Source: Asterias rubens
Lineage: Eukaryota
Direction: 5' to 3'
Assembly: GCF_902459465.1 (NCBI RefSeq)
Contig: NC_047071.1
Coordinates: forward strand, 992,001 to 1,056,000
DNA length: 64,000 nt
Shown: piece after piece, positions 24,021 through 36,579 of the stretch
Numbering within the stretch: position 1 is the stretch's first letter
Layout: every line of letters begins with the position of its first letter
Notes under the pieces: generated by a model
The model's input: only the letters and a program-made list of their open reading frames with translations
What the model was told of the DNA's origin: nothing
The model's database searches: none
Made by a program: the position numbers and the translations under genes

Positions 24021-24402
24021 CACTGCATTGGGTCCCAGTTAAGTTTCTTACAGTTTTATAAATTTCTTTTGTTAACTTTCAAAGCTGAAACTTCTCAATC
24101 ACCTGCTTATTTATCTGAACTTTTCCACAATTATTCCCAATCGGACTTTACGATCATCTTAACAGTCATTGCTTTCAACTACAATTAGAGCTTCTTCCAT
24201 TGTTCTCTGTTTCTTTGGAATAGACTTCCTGTGCATCTTCGCCAGGCTAGTTCTTTATACCATGTTTTTAAGTCTCTGTTAAAAACTCATTGTTTGAAGC
24301 TGCTTATTTGTAATCTGCTTCGTTTCACTCATTGTATATTTTATTGTTCTTTTTATCCGCTTACATACGTTTTTGCATTAGGCGCTTTACAAATTAATTA
24401 TT
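24021..24402 (+). pseudogene. Decayed L2-clade LINE 3' end (ORF2 C-terminus plus 3' UTR)
   Basis: Frameshifted peptides LHWVPVK / YKFLLLTFKA / SPAYLSEL / PNRTLRSS / LWNRLPVHLRQASSL..FKSLLKTH match the L2 ORF2 C-terminal pattern; ends aggcgctttacaaattaattatt. Confidence 0.85.
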
Positions 24403-25113
24403 TGGTGTTACGTCATTCCTCTTAAAATGTTATGTGCACGTATTTCGTGGAATACTTTCTAATTATCCAGTGCTCTTTGCAAAACGAAAGCCGGGATGAT
24501 ACTGTACTTTTCCCTTTTAAAAGTACACCTTGTTTCCAATTACAAGATCTATCCAGTGACTGCACGACTCTCGTCTTCAAAGCCAATCTTAGACTGAGTA
24601 CAAATTGGTGGATTTAGTAACGACTGCGCCTTGATGATTGGTTAAGCCAGACAGAGGAACCTCAAGAAACGCTATAGCGTCGGACAGTGCTGTAGATATA
24701 CAGATGGTTGCTGGCACATAGGTGACCCCTTCCAATTAATCCACATCTCAACGAGTAGACCGTAGAATTGAAAAATCACCGTCATCATGTAGACAAAAAG
24801 ACATATCCCATCAACTATCTTCTGGAATTTTATCATAGATAGGTTGAAGTAGCCGTGTTGCTTTGAATGATATGACGCCATAACAAACAAACCGAGTGCC
24901 ATCCATCTTGGTATTGTATATTTCAAACGTGTAGTTGGTGTTCCTTTTCGCTCACGCATCTAAATAATTTCCTGCTCAGATTTTGTCCCCGTGTTTTATA
25001 GTCATTCTTATATTGAGTACATACTCTCTAGTGGAGTTTACAAATGTACAAATTACACAAAAACAACCAACCATTTCGGGATATTGCCAAAACCGAGCAA
25101 ATTTGCATCAGGT

Positions 25114-25280
25114 CAGGGCTGATGTTTCACAGAGGCAATTTGGGCGATCAATGCCCACTGGCCATTGCCTTGGTGCCCTTGAAATTGCCAATATAGTTTT
25201 ACAATTTCCTCATAGGGTTCCCTTTACCAAGGATAAAATGCCTTGTTTCCCGTGCCCCTTAAAAAGCGAAGCACGGGCCA
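25114..25280 (+). mobile_element. Mini-MITE family I
   Basis: cagggctg..ttcacagaggcaa..cattgccttggtgcccttgaaat..gaagcacgggcc. Confidence 0.75.
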
Positions 25281-25801
25281 GAGAGATGTCCTGAACAACA
25301 CGAAAGAAGTAAACAGAAACATGATAATACTTGTTTTTTAATCAGTAGCATAATTAGGGAACAAACTCATACGAGACATTCAGACACTACGTTGTCACTA
25401 CAATTAGCTTTACCTTTTTTTAAATGCCCATCTCCGAAACAACTTGTCGAACTAATATCGAAGGAGAAGTAGCTTCGGGAGAAAAAAAACATTGTTTCCA
25501 TCCTGAGTTTTAACTAATCACTCCTGTGGCTAATTCTCACACTCTCTGCCAACTTTGGCTCGACGGGTTTGTAACGAGAGTTTCTTTAGCTTTCCAATCT
25601 TCCCTTATTGTCATTCTTGCCTGGCTGTCAGGTCCTTTAGCGTCCTACGGAATGAGAGATGGCGCGCATTACTTCAATGAGCTTGACGATGAGTGAGATA
25701 TGCTCCAACGCCTCGCTATCTTAAAAAAACAAAAAACTAAACTGAGACTGGAAAGAGGGAAGAGTCTGAGAGAGGAAAACAACTAAACAGAACTCTCTTA
25801 A

Positions 25802-26168
25802 AGGTGTAGGACACTATTGGTAATCACTCAAACTACAAACTCAAACTCTTACATTCTAACGAGCAATGGAGAGCTGTTGCATTGTGAGAAACGTCTCCCT
25901 TTTCTGAAGTAACGTAGTTTGTGAGAAAGAGGTAATTTCTCACTCAAATAGTGAAATACTTCAGGCCTGAAGCGTTTTATTATGTATCTGAAAGCACACT
26001 CATTAATGCAATAAGGTTTTTTTTTCCTTTCACTATTCTCTTGCAACTCAACTGCGATGACCATTTGAGTCCAAATTTGCACGGACTTGTTATTTGTATA
26101 CGTAATGTTGACATACACAAAGTGAGAATACTGGGTCTTTGACATTTTACCAAAAGTGTCCGGTGCCT
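25802..26168 (+). mobile_element. MITE family A, diverged full length
   Basis: ttaa|aggtgtaggacactattggtaat ... ttttaccaaaagtgtccggtgcct. Confidence 0.8.
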
Positions 26169-27386
26169 TTCAACGGTACTATACATCAATCCGGGAGAGC
26201 CATTTAGAGTGGTCTCCCTCTCCATTGCGTCTTTCCTTCTCTCATGGCAGGCCCGATCCGGTGACGGTATAGATGATGGGTTCGAAACAACGGGCCTACA
26301 CTACACCCAAATCTCTCTAATTGCCGCCGCGCGACTTGGTTGAGCCTTAGCCGGAAATTGCTGTCGAATTAGTGAACGACGAAAACACGGAATTTGGATG
26401 GATTTATGGTAAAAATTTGAGTGGCCTTATTGTTTATTTTGTCCATTAATTAAATGTTAGAGATGACCTTTAGCTTGAGACAGTTTTATTAAATACTTTT
26501 GAAATGTACTTGCCGTTGTGTTGGAAACCTTCTTTGTTACGCAAATAAGTTCAGTCACACACTTATGCAGTTCTACATCGAAACCAATGTTACCACCAAT
26601 GGTACTTTTAAACCTGACATTCATGTGAAATTGGCCCTGTAATTGCCCTTGTGTACAAGTAAGTACGGGCATTTCCTAGTTCAACATTAGAGTAATCGAT
26701 TAGACAACTAGGGAAAGGTACCCTTGGTGATCATATGCAGTAAATCTAAACGCCAGTTATAATTGGGACTGTAATTCAAATAACACGCTTGATTTCCTTT
26801 GGTAATTACACTTTTTTATAATTACACGGGTAATTTTAGTTAAAGGTTTAAGGTCACAGATTGTTTTTTTGCCAATTTGTTTGATTGATTGGAGGCAAAT
26901 TATCCAGAACGATACAAGAAAAGTCACCTGTGAAAGTTCCAGTGAGCTAAATACTGTGCCTATATTTGTTAAGAAATTTATAGCAAACAAAACTGTCGGA
27001 CATTCTGACGGATACCTAAACCTACATGAACATCCATATGGATTGTAAAGGGCAAATTCATTTTTGCTCTGGTTGTGTATTTTTTTCTTCTCCTTTTTTT
27101 CTCTACTTTTTTTAATTCCTTGTAATGCGCAGTAGAGTATATTTATATAGGTCACTGCGAAATATAAATGTTCGTATTATTATTATCATCATAATAACAC
27201 TGTTTTAGTAAGTTGTACTAAGATCGCTAGGACCAATTAGTGACTAGTAAGAATACATTAGGACTGCATTATGGTGTAGTGTGGATGAACTCTAGTGAGG
27301 ATACGGTTTGTTATCGGGCTGCAAATTGGCTTCAGGTTCCACCAAAGTCTTACAATGCAAAAGCTGGAGTGTCTATATGACACCAG

Positions 27387-27542
27387 TGGTCGATTTCACA
27401 AAGAGTTAGAACTCGTCTTATCTCGAGCTAGCCTAACTTTTAGGATTAATCTTAAGGTCTGAATGCTACAGTGCAGGGTTGGGACTCGTCCCAAGTCCTA
27501 AGATCAGTTTTAAGTTAAGAAGAGTTTTGTGAATACGACGGC
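27387..27542. mobile_element. Harbinger-like MITE family D
   Basis: cag|tggtcgatttcacaaagag ... gagttttgtgaatacgacggc. Confidence 0.8.
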
Positions 27543-28115
27543 AACATAGATACAGAAGTAAGAATCAAAATTAACAGCATAAGGTGTTTCAACATAACAC
27601 CAATATGATTTTGTTTGCAGAACTTTGTGTTACTTTAACACCCTGTTGTGTAAAGTTTGTTCTCTTTTTGGTATCTTTATGTGACAATACTCCTCGTGTC
27701 AATTTTAACACCCAAGTTTTTGCAGTGTACAAACAATATGATATCGTCATATCCTGTGATAAGATTTTTGTCATAGCCAGTGATGTATTCGTTTAGATCA
27801 ACCTGCGTGCCATCGGGATTGTAATCGTTTAATTAAATATCCCAGTTCATAAAAATAAACAACATGCATCAATTATCCGAGGAGACCACAAAATGGACGA
27901 AACTGTGATAAAAAAAAACCAACATTTACTCCAATCCTGCCAAATTCCGTCAGCTTCGGGTATGTTCTAATAACTCAACGTTCATTTTCGGCACACAGGG
28001 AAAGCATTCTTGCCTTTCCATGGTGTTATACTAAATAATAACAAGTGTTTAGCCAGAAAAAGAAAAACAAATGGAAGGTGTGATATAGGGATGGCCTAAT
28101 TGGAAACTCTTAATT

Positions 28116-28486
28116 AGCACTGGACACTATTGGTAATTACTCAAAATAATTGTTAGCATAACAACTTAGTTGGTAACGAGCATTGGAGAGCTGTTGATGG
28201 TATAAAACATTGTGAGAATTGGCTCCCTCTGAAATAACGTAGTTTAGAGAAGAGGTATTTTCTCAATCACATAATAAAAATAATTCAGCCGAGGCATTTT
28301 ATTATGCATAATGAAAGCACACACATTTGTGCAACAAGGGTGTTTTTGTTTAGTATTATTCTTTTGCAACTTCAAAAACCAATTGAGCCAAAATGTACAC
28401 AGGCTTGTCATGTTATGCATATGTTGGGATACACCAATAAGTGAGAATACTGGTCTTTGACAATGTACCAAACGTGTCCAGGGCCT
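28116..28486 (+). mobile_element. MITE family A, full length older subfamily
   Basis: gcactggacactattggtaattactc ... gtgtccagggcct|ttaa. Confidence 0.85.
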
Positions 28487-29378
28487 TTAAGAGTACGCGC
28501 AACACCAACAGAAATTAACAGTACGAAAAAATGTATCCATATCAACCCAGAAACATATGACGTTCTGGCAACGTTAAGCTAGATGCATTTATTATCACGC
28601 TGGTATGACATTGTGTTCAGTTGGACTTTGGTACTCGGAGCGTTGCAGACTCAACCAGTGATGGGACAGGCAATACGGACAGAGACAAGTGCGCATTAGT
28701 CGTGACGACTCACACCAAAGGTGTGGCGAGCAAGTGAGTTTGATGATGTTTCAAATTAGTTTTGTTGATTTTTTATATCTATTTCATCTTTACTCGATTT
28801 TCTTTTAGTGTCGAGGTTGTCGCACAAGCGTGGACGCACCTGTCTTTTTTTACGCGCCTGTGTTTCAAGCACTTCATCGGTCAAGTTGCAAGTGTATAGA
28901 TGTATCGTTAAGGGGAAACACATGCAGATTCTATCGTGTACTTTAAATTGAACATACTGTACAGACTCTTTGGTGTACTTGAAATTGAACATCATTGTCC
29001 TGGCACTGCCTTTTTGCACTTGGCTAATTCAAAGACACCTTTAACGGAAATTGAATTATACTGCTATTGAACATACCATTGCTATTTCTATAATAAGGTA
29101 TACACTGGAGCAATTTTACAGACGCAAATACGGGCGACCGTATCCCCCCCCCCAACTATAAATAGAACCTGGCATAGTTCAAGCGTGGTTGATGCTGCAG
29201 AGGTTCTGTGCACGGTTACCGATTATGGATCAGTTAGGTATAAAGGTACAATGTAACGGAATAAATAGAAAAGCTTGAAACAAAATCTACGGAATTGGCA
29301 GCCGTTTAGACCAACCCAAATTTGCGTACACCTCTCATTATGGATATAAAGGTGGGCCTACAGTGTAACTGATTACTA

Positions 29379-29727
29379 AGGAACACGTTGCCTTGGATCG
29401 GTCGAGTTGGTCATTGGAAAATGTATGTAACCGTTTGTTATAGAATGCACATGATTAGAAAGATGTTTTAAAAGTAGAATATAAAAGTTCACACAAGTAT
29501 CACTCGAAATTGTGTGGTTTTTCTTTTACCTCGTCGACAAACACGGTCGGTCCTTTATGGGAGTCAAATGTTTGACTCACATAAATGGCCGACCAATTTC
29601 GATGCAAATTTGTTTGGATCATTGTATTTTATCTTTTAAACATATTTTTAACTATATGCATATTATAACAAACGGTTACAAACGCTTGTCAAAGACCAAC
29701 TCGACCGATCCAAGGCAATGTGTTCCT
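29379..29727. mobile_element. MITE family B (opposite orientation to 14256 copy)
   Basis: aggaacacgttgccttggatcggtcgagttggtc ... gaccaactcgaccgatccaaggcaatgtgttcct|ttaa. Confidence 0.9.
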
Positions 29728-29731
29728 TTAA

Positions 29732-30038
29732 AGATGCTATGTCAGATTTTTGGCCCCAAACATTAAAAAATTGATTTTTTTTTAGTGAATGGTATTTCAA
29801 AGAGTATCATCGCTCTAACGAAAAGAAGTTTAACTTTTACTTTTAATGGTCAGGAACCATGACAAAAATTTAAAACGTTTCTTATAAAACACATAAGAAT
29901 TGTTCACGTGATATATTGTCGAGCACTTTATTTCACTGCTACTAATAATTGACGGACTTTTTCGAGCAATCAAAATACCTTTTGAATTTTAAATCAAAAT
30001 GTTTGGGTCAAATCGGCCAAAAATCTGACATAGCATCT
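29732..30038. mobile_element. TTAA-type MITE family C abutting family B
   Basis: TIR AGATGCTATGTCAGATTTTTGGCC / GGCCAAAAATCTGACATAGCATCT; shares TTAA 29728-29731 with family B. Confidence 0.85.
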
Positions 30039-30387
30039 TGAAACACATGAATGTAAAAGCATGAAACAACAATACTTGCTTTGTTTGTTCGGAATTGGCA
30101 GCCGCTTAACCAGCCCAAAGTTTTAGTTCTTCTGTACACATTTGATTATGGATCATGTATAAAAGTACAACGTAACTGAATAAACAGATGAATGTAAAAG
30201 TTTGAAACGAATCACTTTCTTTGGCTGTTCGGAATTGGCAGCCAACCGTTTAACCAGCCCCAAATTTAGTTCTTATTTACACCTTTGATTCTGGTTCAGG
30301 TATAAAGGCACAACCTTACTAAAATAACCGATGAATGTCAAAGCTGGAAACAGAATACTTGCTAGTTTGGACTTGGCAGCCGCTTAA

Positions 30388-30766
30388 AGGCAGTGAACAC
30401 TATTGGTAATTACTCAAAATGATTATAAGCGTAAAACCTTTCTTTGTGACGAGTAATGGGGAGATGTTGATGGTACAAAACATTGTGAGAAACGGCTCCC
30501 TCTGAACTACCATAGTTTTCGAGAAAGAAGTAATTTTCCACGAATTTGATTTCGAGACCTCAAGTTTAGAACTCGAGGTCTCGAAATCAACTATCTAAAC
30601 GCACACAACTTCGTGTGGCAAGTGTTGTTTTTTCTTTCATTATTATCTGGTAAGTTCGATGACCGATTGAGCTCAAATTTTCACAGGTTTGTTATTTTAT
30701 GCATATGTTGAGATACACAAACTGTGAAGGCTAGTCTTTGACAATTACCAATAGTGTCCACTGCCT
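30388..30766 (+). mobile_element. MITE family A, young, full length, inserted in a 140-bp tandem unit
   Basis: ccgcTTAA[element]TTAAccag versus the empty-site unit ccgcTTAAccag at ~30102-30113; perfect TIRs apart from one base. Confidence 0.92.
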
Positions 30767-31191
30767 TTAACCAGACCGTGTTTTCATTCTTCTGTATACT
30801 CCTTTATGATATTATGTTGAATTAAATAATACCCAATATATTCGTGATACCATGGGGATGTGCCTTGTTTATCTTACGCTGTCTTTGCGGTTTACACGGC
30901 GTGCAATGTTCAAACAAGGCGTACCTTTCAAAGCCCGTTCCAATCAGGTCCCAACTTAAGCTCTGGCCGCCATTTTGAATCTCATCCCGTTAAGCAAGCT
31001 TCTTTACTCCTTAGAGAGAAAAAAAATATAGCTGGATGCATGGTGAATATTATTGACATAATCCAGCCTAAATAATCACGACTTTTTCAACATGGGAATA
31101 GCGGTACACTCTTGATTTGCAGGGCAATATATAAGTTCTCGAGTTGTGTGGTTTGAATTTTGTATATAACATCATTACTACATTATGTTAA

Positions 31192-31539
31192 AGGGTACTT
31201 TTGACGTGGACAATGTCCACAGATTTACATTTTCTGTTTGAAGATAATGATGGTGGAAAGTTTTCCCTTTAAATATTACTTGCTGAGGTGCTGTAGTGTT
31301 TGAGAAATTTGTAAAAACAATGTCACGAAAATAAGTTTCGTCTCAGGGATGATTTAAAAATAAAAGCATGTACAACGTATTTACCATTACCCGTGTACTG
31401 GTATTTTGAGCAACTCTCTTGAAAACATTGCTCTGTAATTTTCATAGTTCTCAAAAACATGACGACTTTAAACGAAGCTGAAACTTCTACAGGTTATCTT
31501 CACATTCAAAAACTTGATCTACAAAAGTTATAAAAACCT
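31192..31539. mobile_element. TTAA-flanked MITE family K
   Basis: ttaa|agggtac...aacct|ttaa; the core gctgaggtgctgtagt..tgagaaatt.gtaaaa recurs at 51140-51190. Confidence 0.7.
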
Positions 31540-32133
31540 TTAAACTTGACTTAGCTGAAATATTTTATTAAAAAAGTCTCGGAAATTATGTGTGAATTGT
31601 ATTTTAAATCTATATTTTTTGGTAAGACAGTTTAATGATATAGTCCCTGTCTTGGAAACTCACTCCGTCATAAAACGAACTGGCCCAATTTCTTAGCCAC
31701 TCACATTAAACCACGGCAATTTGGAGTCAATTTGGAGCCAGCATTGATTGTATTGTAAGCCCGTTCCAAATAGGCCTACCCGATTTGCCTCCCAATCAAG
31801 CCTTGTGCAGAATATAAAATGCCCATCTATACAATTTCCGAAAGTGCAGTCCAGGGGCGCATTGCATTCACTTTCAGCCATTGAAGCCCCCCAAAAACCC
31901 CAAAAACAAAAACATTGCTTTTTAGCTTAGTTCGGTTTACCAGTTGAATTTACATATAATTTTTGCGACTGTTTCCTCGTGCAGTGTCCCGTAATGCAGA
32001 TACACTTTTTACTTATTAGTTTCTTTCTTCTTCATTTTTCCTTTTTTTTATTTACTAAAACCCGTATATAAAACATTACCCGCATTGGGTTTCGTAATTG
32101 TTTTTTTTTACAAGATAAATAAGTATAGACCCT

Positions 32134-32421
32134 ACTCTAAAAGAGTGTGCCTCAATTCTTCCATGTCCTTTTTCTATGATTCTTTGGTCTTTGAAATGAC
32201 ATACACCGAAACAAAATGACCGTGCTCCTGGTCTTAAGGGGGCCTGAACCCTTCAAGTCAGGTTGATCCGGAAAATGGTCCAAAAGAAGTGTTTTCAAAC
32301 CGGATTTTACGTCATTTTGACCCATATTTTGATATAGATTCCGGGTCATCCTGACACCGAAACTAGTCAGGTCACACAGGACCCGGAGCCGGGTCAATTT
32401 TGACCGAATTGTTTTAGGGTG
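32134..32421. mobile_element. CACTA-like MITE family H (actctaaaa...ttttagggtg) with gaccc/ggtca subterminal repeats
   Basis: Termini plus repeated tgaccc/gggtca. Related pieces at ~7215-7320 and 47280-47464 (ends ttttagagtg|ta). Confidence 0.55.
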
Positions 32422-32429
32422 TACTGCTT

Positions 32430-32895
32430 AAGATTACACAAAGAGTTAAGACTAGTCTTATCTCGAGCTAGAGGAGGAGTTACTCGTCCTAACTTAGGAC
32501 TAGCCTTGAGTTTTCAATATCGGACTAGTCCTAAGTTAGAACTAATAATAATATACAAATATTGACTGCTTCGAGTGCTATGGTTAAAACTATGACTCCC
32601 GAGGTGATCCCCGGAGCGTTCTATTTTCCTGAGGCGGGACTATTAATTTATCATCCTCGTACACGCAACGGACGTCTGGGTACTGCACGTCTAGTAAAAC
32701 TAAAACATACCATGTGACGCGCTCTAAACCAATGAAAAGGCAGAATATTGGTAAGGGGTGTTATAATCAATCATAATAGTGAACCATTTTTGTAGAGCGC
32801 GTATCACAATCACAGAGAAGTCTCTATGCGCTTTAAGATGAAAACAAAAGAGAAGTAAAAGTTTATAGTCCTAACTCTTTGTGAAATTGACTCCG
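32430..32895. mobile_element. Family D MITE interrupted by a 321-bp TA-flanked, TIR-less insertion (32545-32865)
   Basis: D halves rejoin as gttagaacTA|gtcctaactctttgtgaaattgac; TA lies on both sides of the insert. Confidence 0.75.
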
Positions 32896-35800
32896 GGACA
32901 CAAAACAAATTTTACATGGAAAGCACACGTTTTCCGCGGAGAAGTAGGTGTCGCTGGGCGGGTCCTTTTAAAATTGTTAAACAATATTTTGGACTAACCG
33001 TCTTTATTAAATCCGCACAGGGTGGAATAACACACCGCTTTTGTTTGATCCAACGTAACCAGTTTGTGAAATATACTACAAGGACATTTTTCGTAAAACC
33101 CTCGATATACAACATGGGCTTGGCAAATCTCGTATATCTGCAGCAATAATAAAGTTGGCTTAAATGGATCAAAACCCCATGTCTGTTGTAACAGGTGTTG
33201 GCAAAAATAATATGAGCCACACTACACGCTAAATTTACCATACTGTCTGATGTCAGATCCAACAAGCATATAGTGTTTTTAATCTTTAAGCTGTGTTGTT
33301 TACCAATGTGCACATCGTGCTATTATAGAACATTTTGCATTAATTTGATAGTAATTGAAGTTTTATTCTGTTTTAATGTTGGTTTATAGCTTGCATATCG
33401 AAACATATGGATTGATATAGCATATTAATGGGTCTACATTATGTGTAAAGTCTGCTTTTTGAAGTGAAGTCGTGACTGGAATTTTGTTTAGGAATTTACC
33501 ATAGACACTGGTACCCTAATCACTATGTTTAAAACCATAATTATTTGATTGTTTTTAAACCATAAGAATAGAGCGTGGTGAATATTTGGGGTGATGTGGC
33601 CTACAGTCAACCAGCAATCTTTTACATCAATTGAGTCTTTGCAAAGCCCAAGCCGTTTATGCAAATATGCATGATTGGAAAGTATTGTAAACAAATAAAT
33701 GAAACAATGAAATGAAAAAAAAAAAAATATATATATATAATAATTATCGTGCAAACAACCCCTACCCACCCCCTCTAAAACATGATTACGTTAAACAATA
33801 AAAAATAACCTTGTATCTCTGAAAGATGATTTTCTTTAGTAATACCAGTAATACACCTGTGGAAAATTTTCTCTAACCCCCCCCCCCCACATTATTCAAA
33901 GTCTCGATTTTGTCCCCCATTATTCAGCGGTCCAGCGAGAGCAGTAGAGTCACGTGAGAGACATTCTGTGACAAAATTTAGCAACTTGTCCAAGAATCTA
34001 ATCTGAGGTGTTACTCGCCCCCCAAAAAATTACGAATGCAACACAAAATCCTACACAAATTAAAACAATACTTTGAAGATGTCCAATTTTCAAAAGCGGG
34101 CCCACCATCTTTTTTCCAAAAACCAAAAATATACAATTATTGAGAAAGTATTTGACGTGTTATCTGTTTTTATGTTAAAAGATAAGATGACTAAAAAATA
34201 TACATCTTTGTGATTACTCATTGACAGAGTATTTGGATATCATTTCGCAAACTCAATTTTTAACCATCAATTATAAATAGTGCGCGCAGTCAGCATTCAA
34301 GACCCGGTTGTCATGTAAACGAGCCTTGGCATGATCAGTTGGCGATTTTCGGACCTGAGTGTTTATGTCCCTTGAATGGCAAAGAAGCAATCATGATTGA
34401 TGCGTAATAGGGTCATGCTTCTGACATTTAGACCTACTACACATCTCTCTCTCTCTCTCTTTTCTTTCGTTCCCCTTTTTTTCTTTTTTTTTGGCTCGTA
34501 TTCAGAAAATTCTGCTCGTTAAATATCAAGCCCATTATCGCGACTCATTATGGCAGGAACACTTTTCCACATGATCAGTAACGATTAGATTGCCGCTGGA
34601 AAGGTTTGGGGTGTAATTAAACAAAATCATTATCATAATTATTCTGCTGTCTCTGGAATGTAGTTATATTATCTTGCCATTTATAACGGCGGTCGGGTTT
34701 TCTCTGTGTTTTTGTATTTTTGTTTTTTAATAATTAACGAACTTGCGCGGTTCGTGTTGACATTTTGAGCAAAGTGTCTTTATTGTGGGTTCGGGAGAGT
34801 TACACGTATCGCGAATCGATCAGTCCAGTTCAAAATATTTACTCTTCATTTCAGGAAGGGATAGAATTGCAAAATGTAGCCTAAGCAGAAATTGTCACAA
34901 TTAAATTGAATTAAATTCACATTCTGGTAATGTTGTTTGTCTGTTTGTTTGTTTGTTGGTCCTTATTGATGTTTTGTTGTTGTTGTTATTGTTGTTGGAC
35001 AGTTGTTTTTCTTCGTGTTTTGTCGTAATTGTTGTTGTTGTGTGTCTATGTCAGTGTTTGTTCGAGTTGTTTCGGGTTATGTTTTTTTCGGATCATGCAG
35101 ATGATGGCATCCGTATCTATGTCCGGTTGATATATGGATGGTTTCCACCTACGTACGAGTTGGATTTATATAAATGCAAACCACTCAGTAGCAACTTAAT
35201 ATTATAGTAATTATCAAAATCTGTATCGATATCTCTTGAGATGTTGAAAATACCGAAAGCATACATCACTCATCATGAGCCGTGTTTTCAACAAGGGCCG
35301 AAACAGCTTCTCTGGTGTCATCACCATTTGGTCACCAATGGTGAGATGTTTGATCTGAAATTGCGATCCATGTTGAATGTCGAAACACGAGTCAAGTGTT
35401 GGGAAACTGTACTCCTTTTATGTAGACTAGAATTAATGCGAATCTTTACAAAAATAATTTTCCTTGATAAAAAGTAGCTGCATAAAAATGTGTTGAAAGT
35501 AAACGTTCATAAAATCACGTGCATTTCCCCATATAAATTAATGTAAAATAAAAAAGTATAAGAAAGGCCCGGCTAGAATAATGCTACTGTTTTATGCATG
35601 TGGTTTGATGTGAAAGCAACATTTGTTTCATGTATGCCATTTGGCTTGAGGGCAAACAGACCTAAAATATTCTCCATACACTTTGTAGCTGAAAAATAGG
35701 TTTGTTTTGTCCAAGTTGTTTACCCTTAAAGTGTCCATATCTTGTCACAACATGGAAATACTTTGACTGTTGGTCAGCATTAATAATACATGCATATAGC

Positions 35801-36022
35801 TTCAGTTGTGTATGGTTGAAAATGCATCCGTCAAAAGATGACCTGATTCTAAGCTACTTTTAGTTTCTTGTTATCATCAATCACACCCGCATGTCCTCAT
35901 TAACTTTTCCAATACTGATCACAAGCACCTCAGCATGACGAGTTCCAGCTTCTGATTTATTTTTTACTATAAATACCAAGACAACTTTAGCCTTCCTCGT
36001 TCGGTCTTTACTCTCATCTTAA

Positions 36023-36579
36023 AGGCACTGGACACGTTTGATAATTACTCAAAGTAATTATTAGCATAAAATACTTAATTGGTAACGAGCAATGGAGAGC
36101 TGTTGAACATTGTAATGGCTCAGTCTGAAGTAATGTATTTTTTGAGAAAAATGTAATATCTCACTCAAATATTAAAAGGCCCGAACTCTTTTATATTGAA
36201 ATCGCACAACGTTGTTCTTGCATTATTCTCTTGCAACTTCGATGACCAATTGAGTCGGGATATACCAAGTGAGGACACTGGTCTTTTACAATATTGTTAC
36301 CAAACATGTCCAGGGGTGGATTTCACAAAGAGTTAAGACTAGTCTCATCTCGACTTAGGACGAGTTACTTGTCCTAACTTAGGACTACCCATACGTTTTT
36401 AATATCTCCTAGGACTATTCCTAAGTTAGGACTAGTCCTAACTCTTTGTGGAATCGACCCAGGGGCCTATTTCACAAAGAAGAAGGACTACAGTAGTCCT
36501 ATAGGATATTTTTAAAACTTCAGGCTAGCTCTAAATTAGGACGAGTTACACTAACTCGAGATAAATCCACCCCTTGCCT
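36023..36579 (+). mobile_element. MITE family A with two Harbinger-like family D copies nested in its right TIR
   Basis: ttaa|aggcactggacac start; ...catgtccag [36314-36572 insertion] tgcct|ttaa end. Confidence 0.8.
36314..36572. mobile_element. Two family D MITEs in opposite orientation (36314-36460 and ~36463-36572)
   Basis: gggtggatttcacaaag...gtggaatcgaccc, then gggcctatttcacaaag...aaatccaccc matching the reverse complement of the family. Confidence 0.75.

Larger units (their letters stand above)
29215..30775 (+). repeat. ~140-bp tandem repeat (about 4 units) split by three MITEs
   Basis: cggaattggcagcc anchors at 29290, 30090 and 30230, and ttggcagcc at 30373. The 29290-30090 gap is ~136 bp after removing MITEs B and C and their TSDs. 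Confidence 0.85.

Noticed and set aside
29215-30775. CRISPR-like repeat-spacer array
   Set aside because: Whole ~140-bp units are homologous with no unique spacers; the 'spacers' are MITEs; eukaryotic context with no cas genes.
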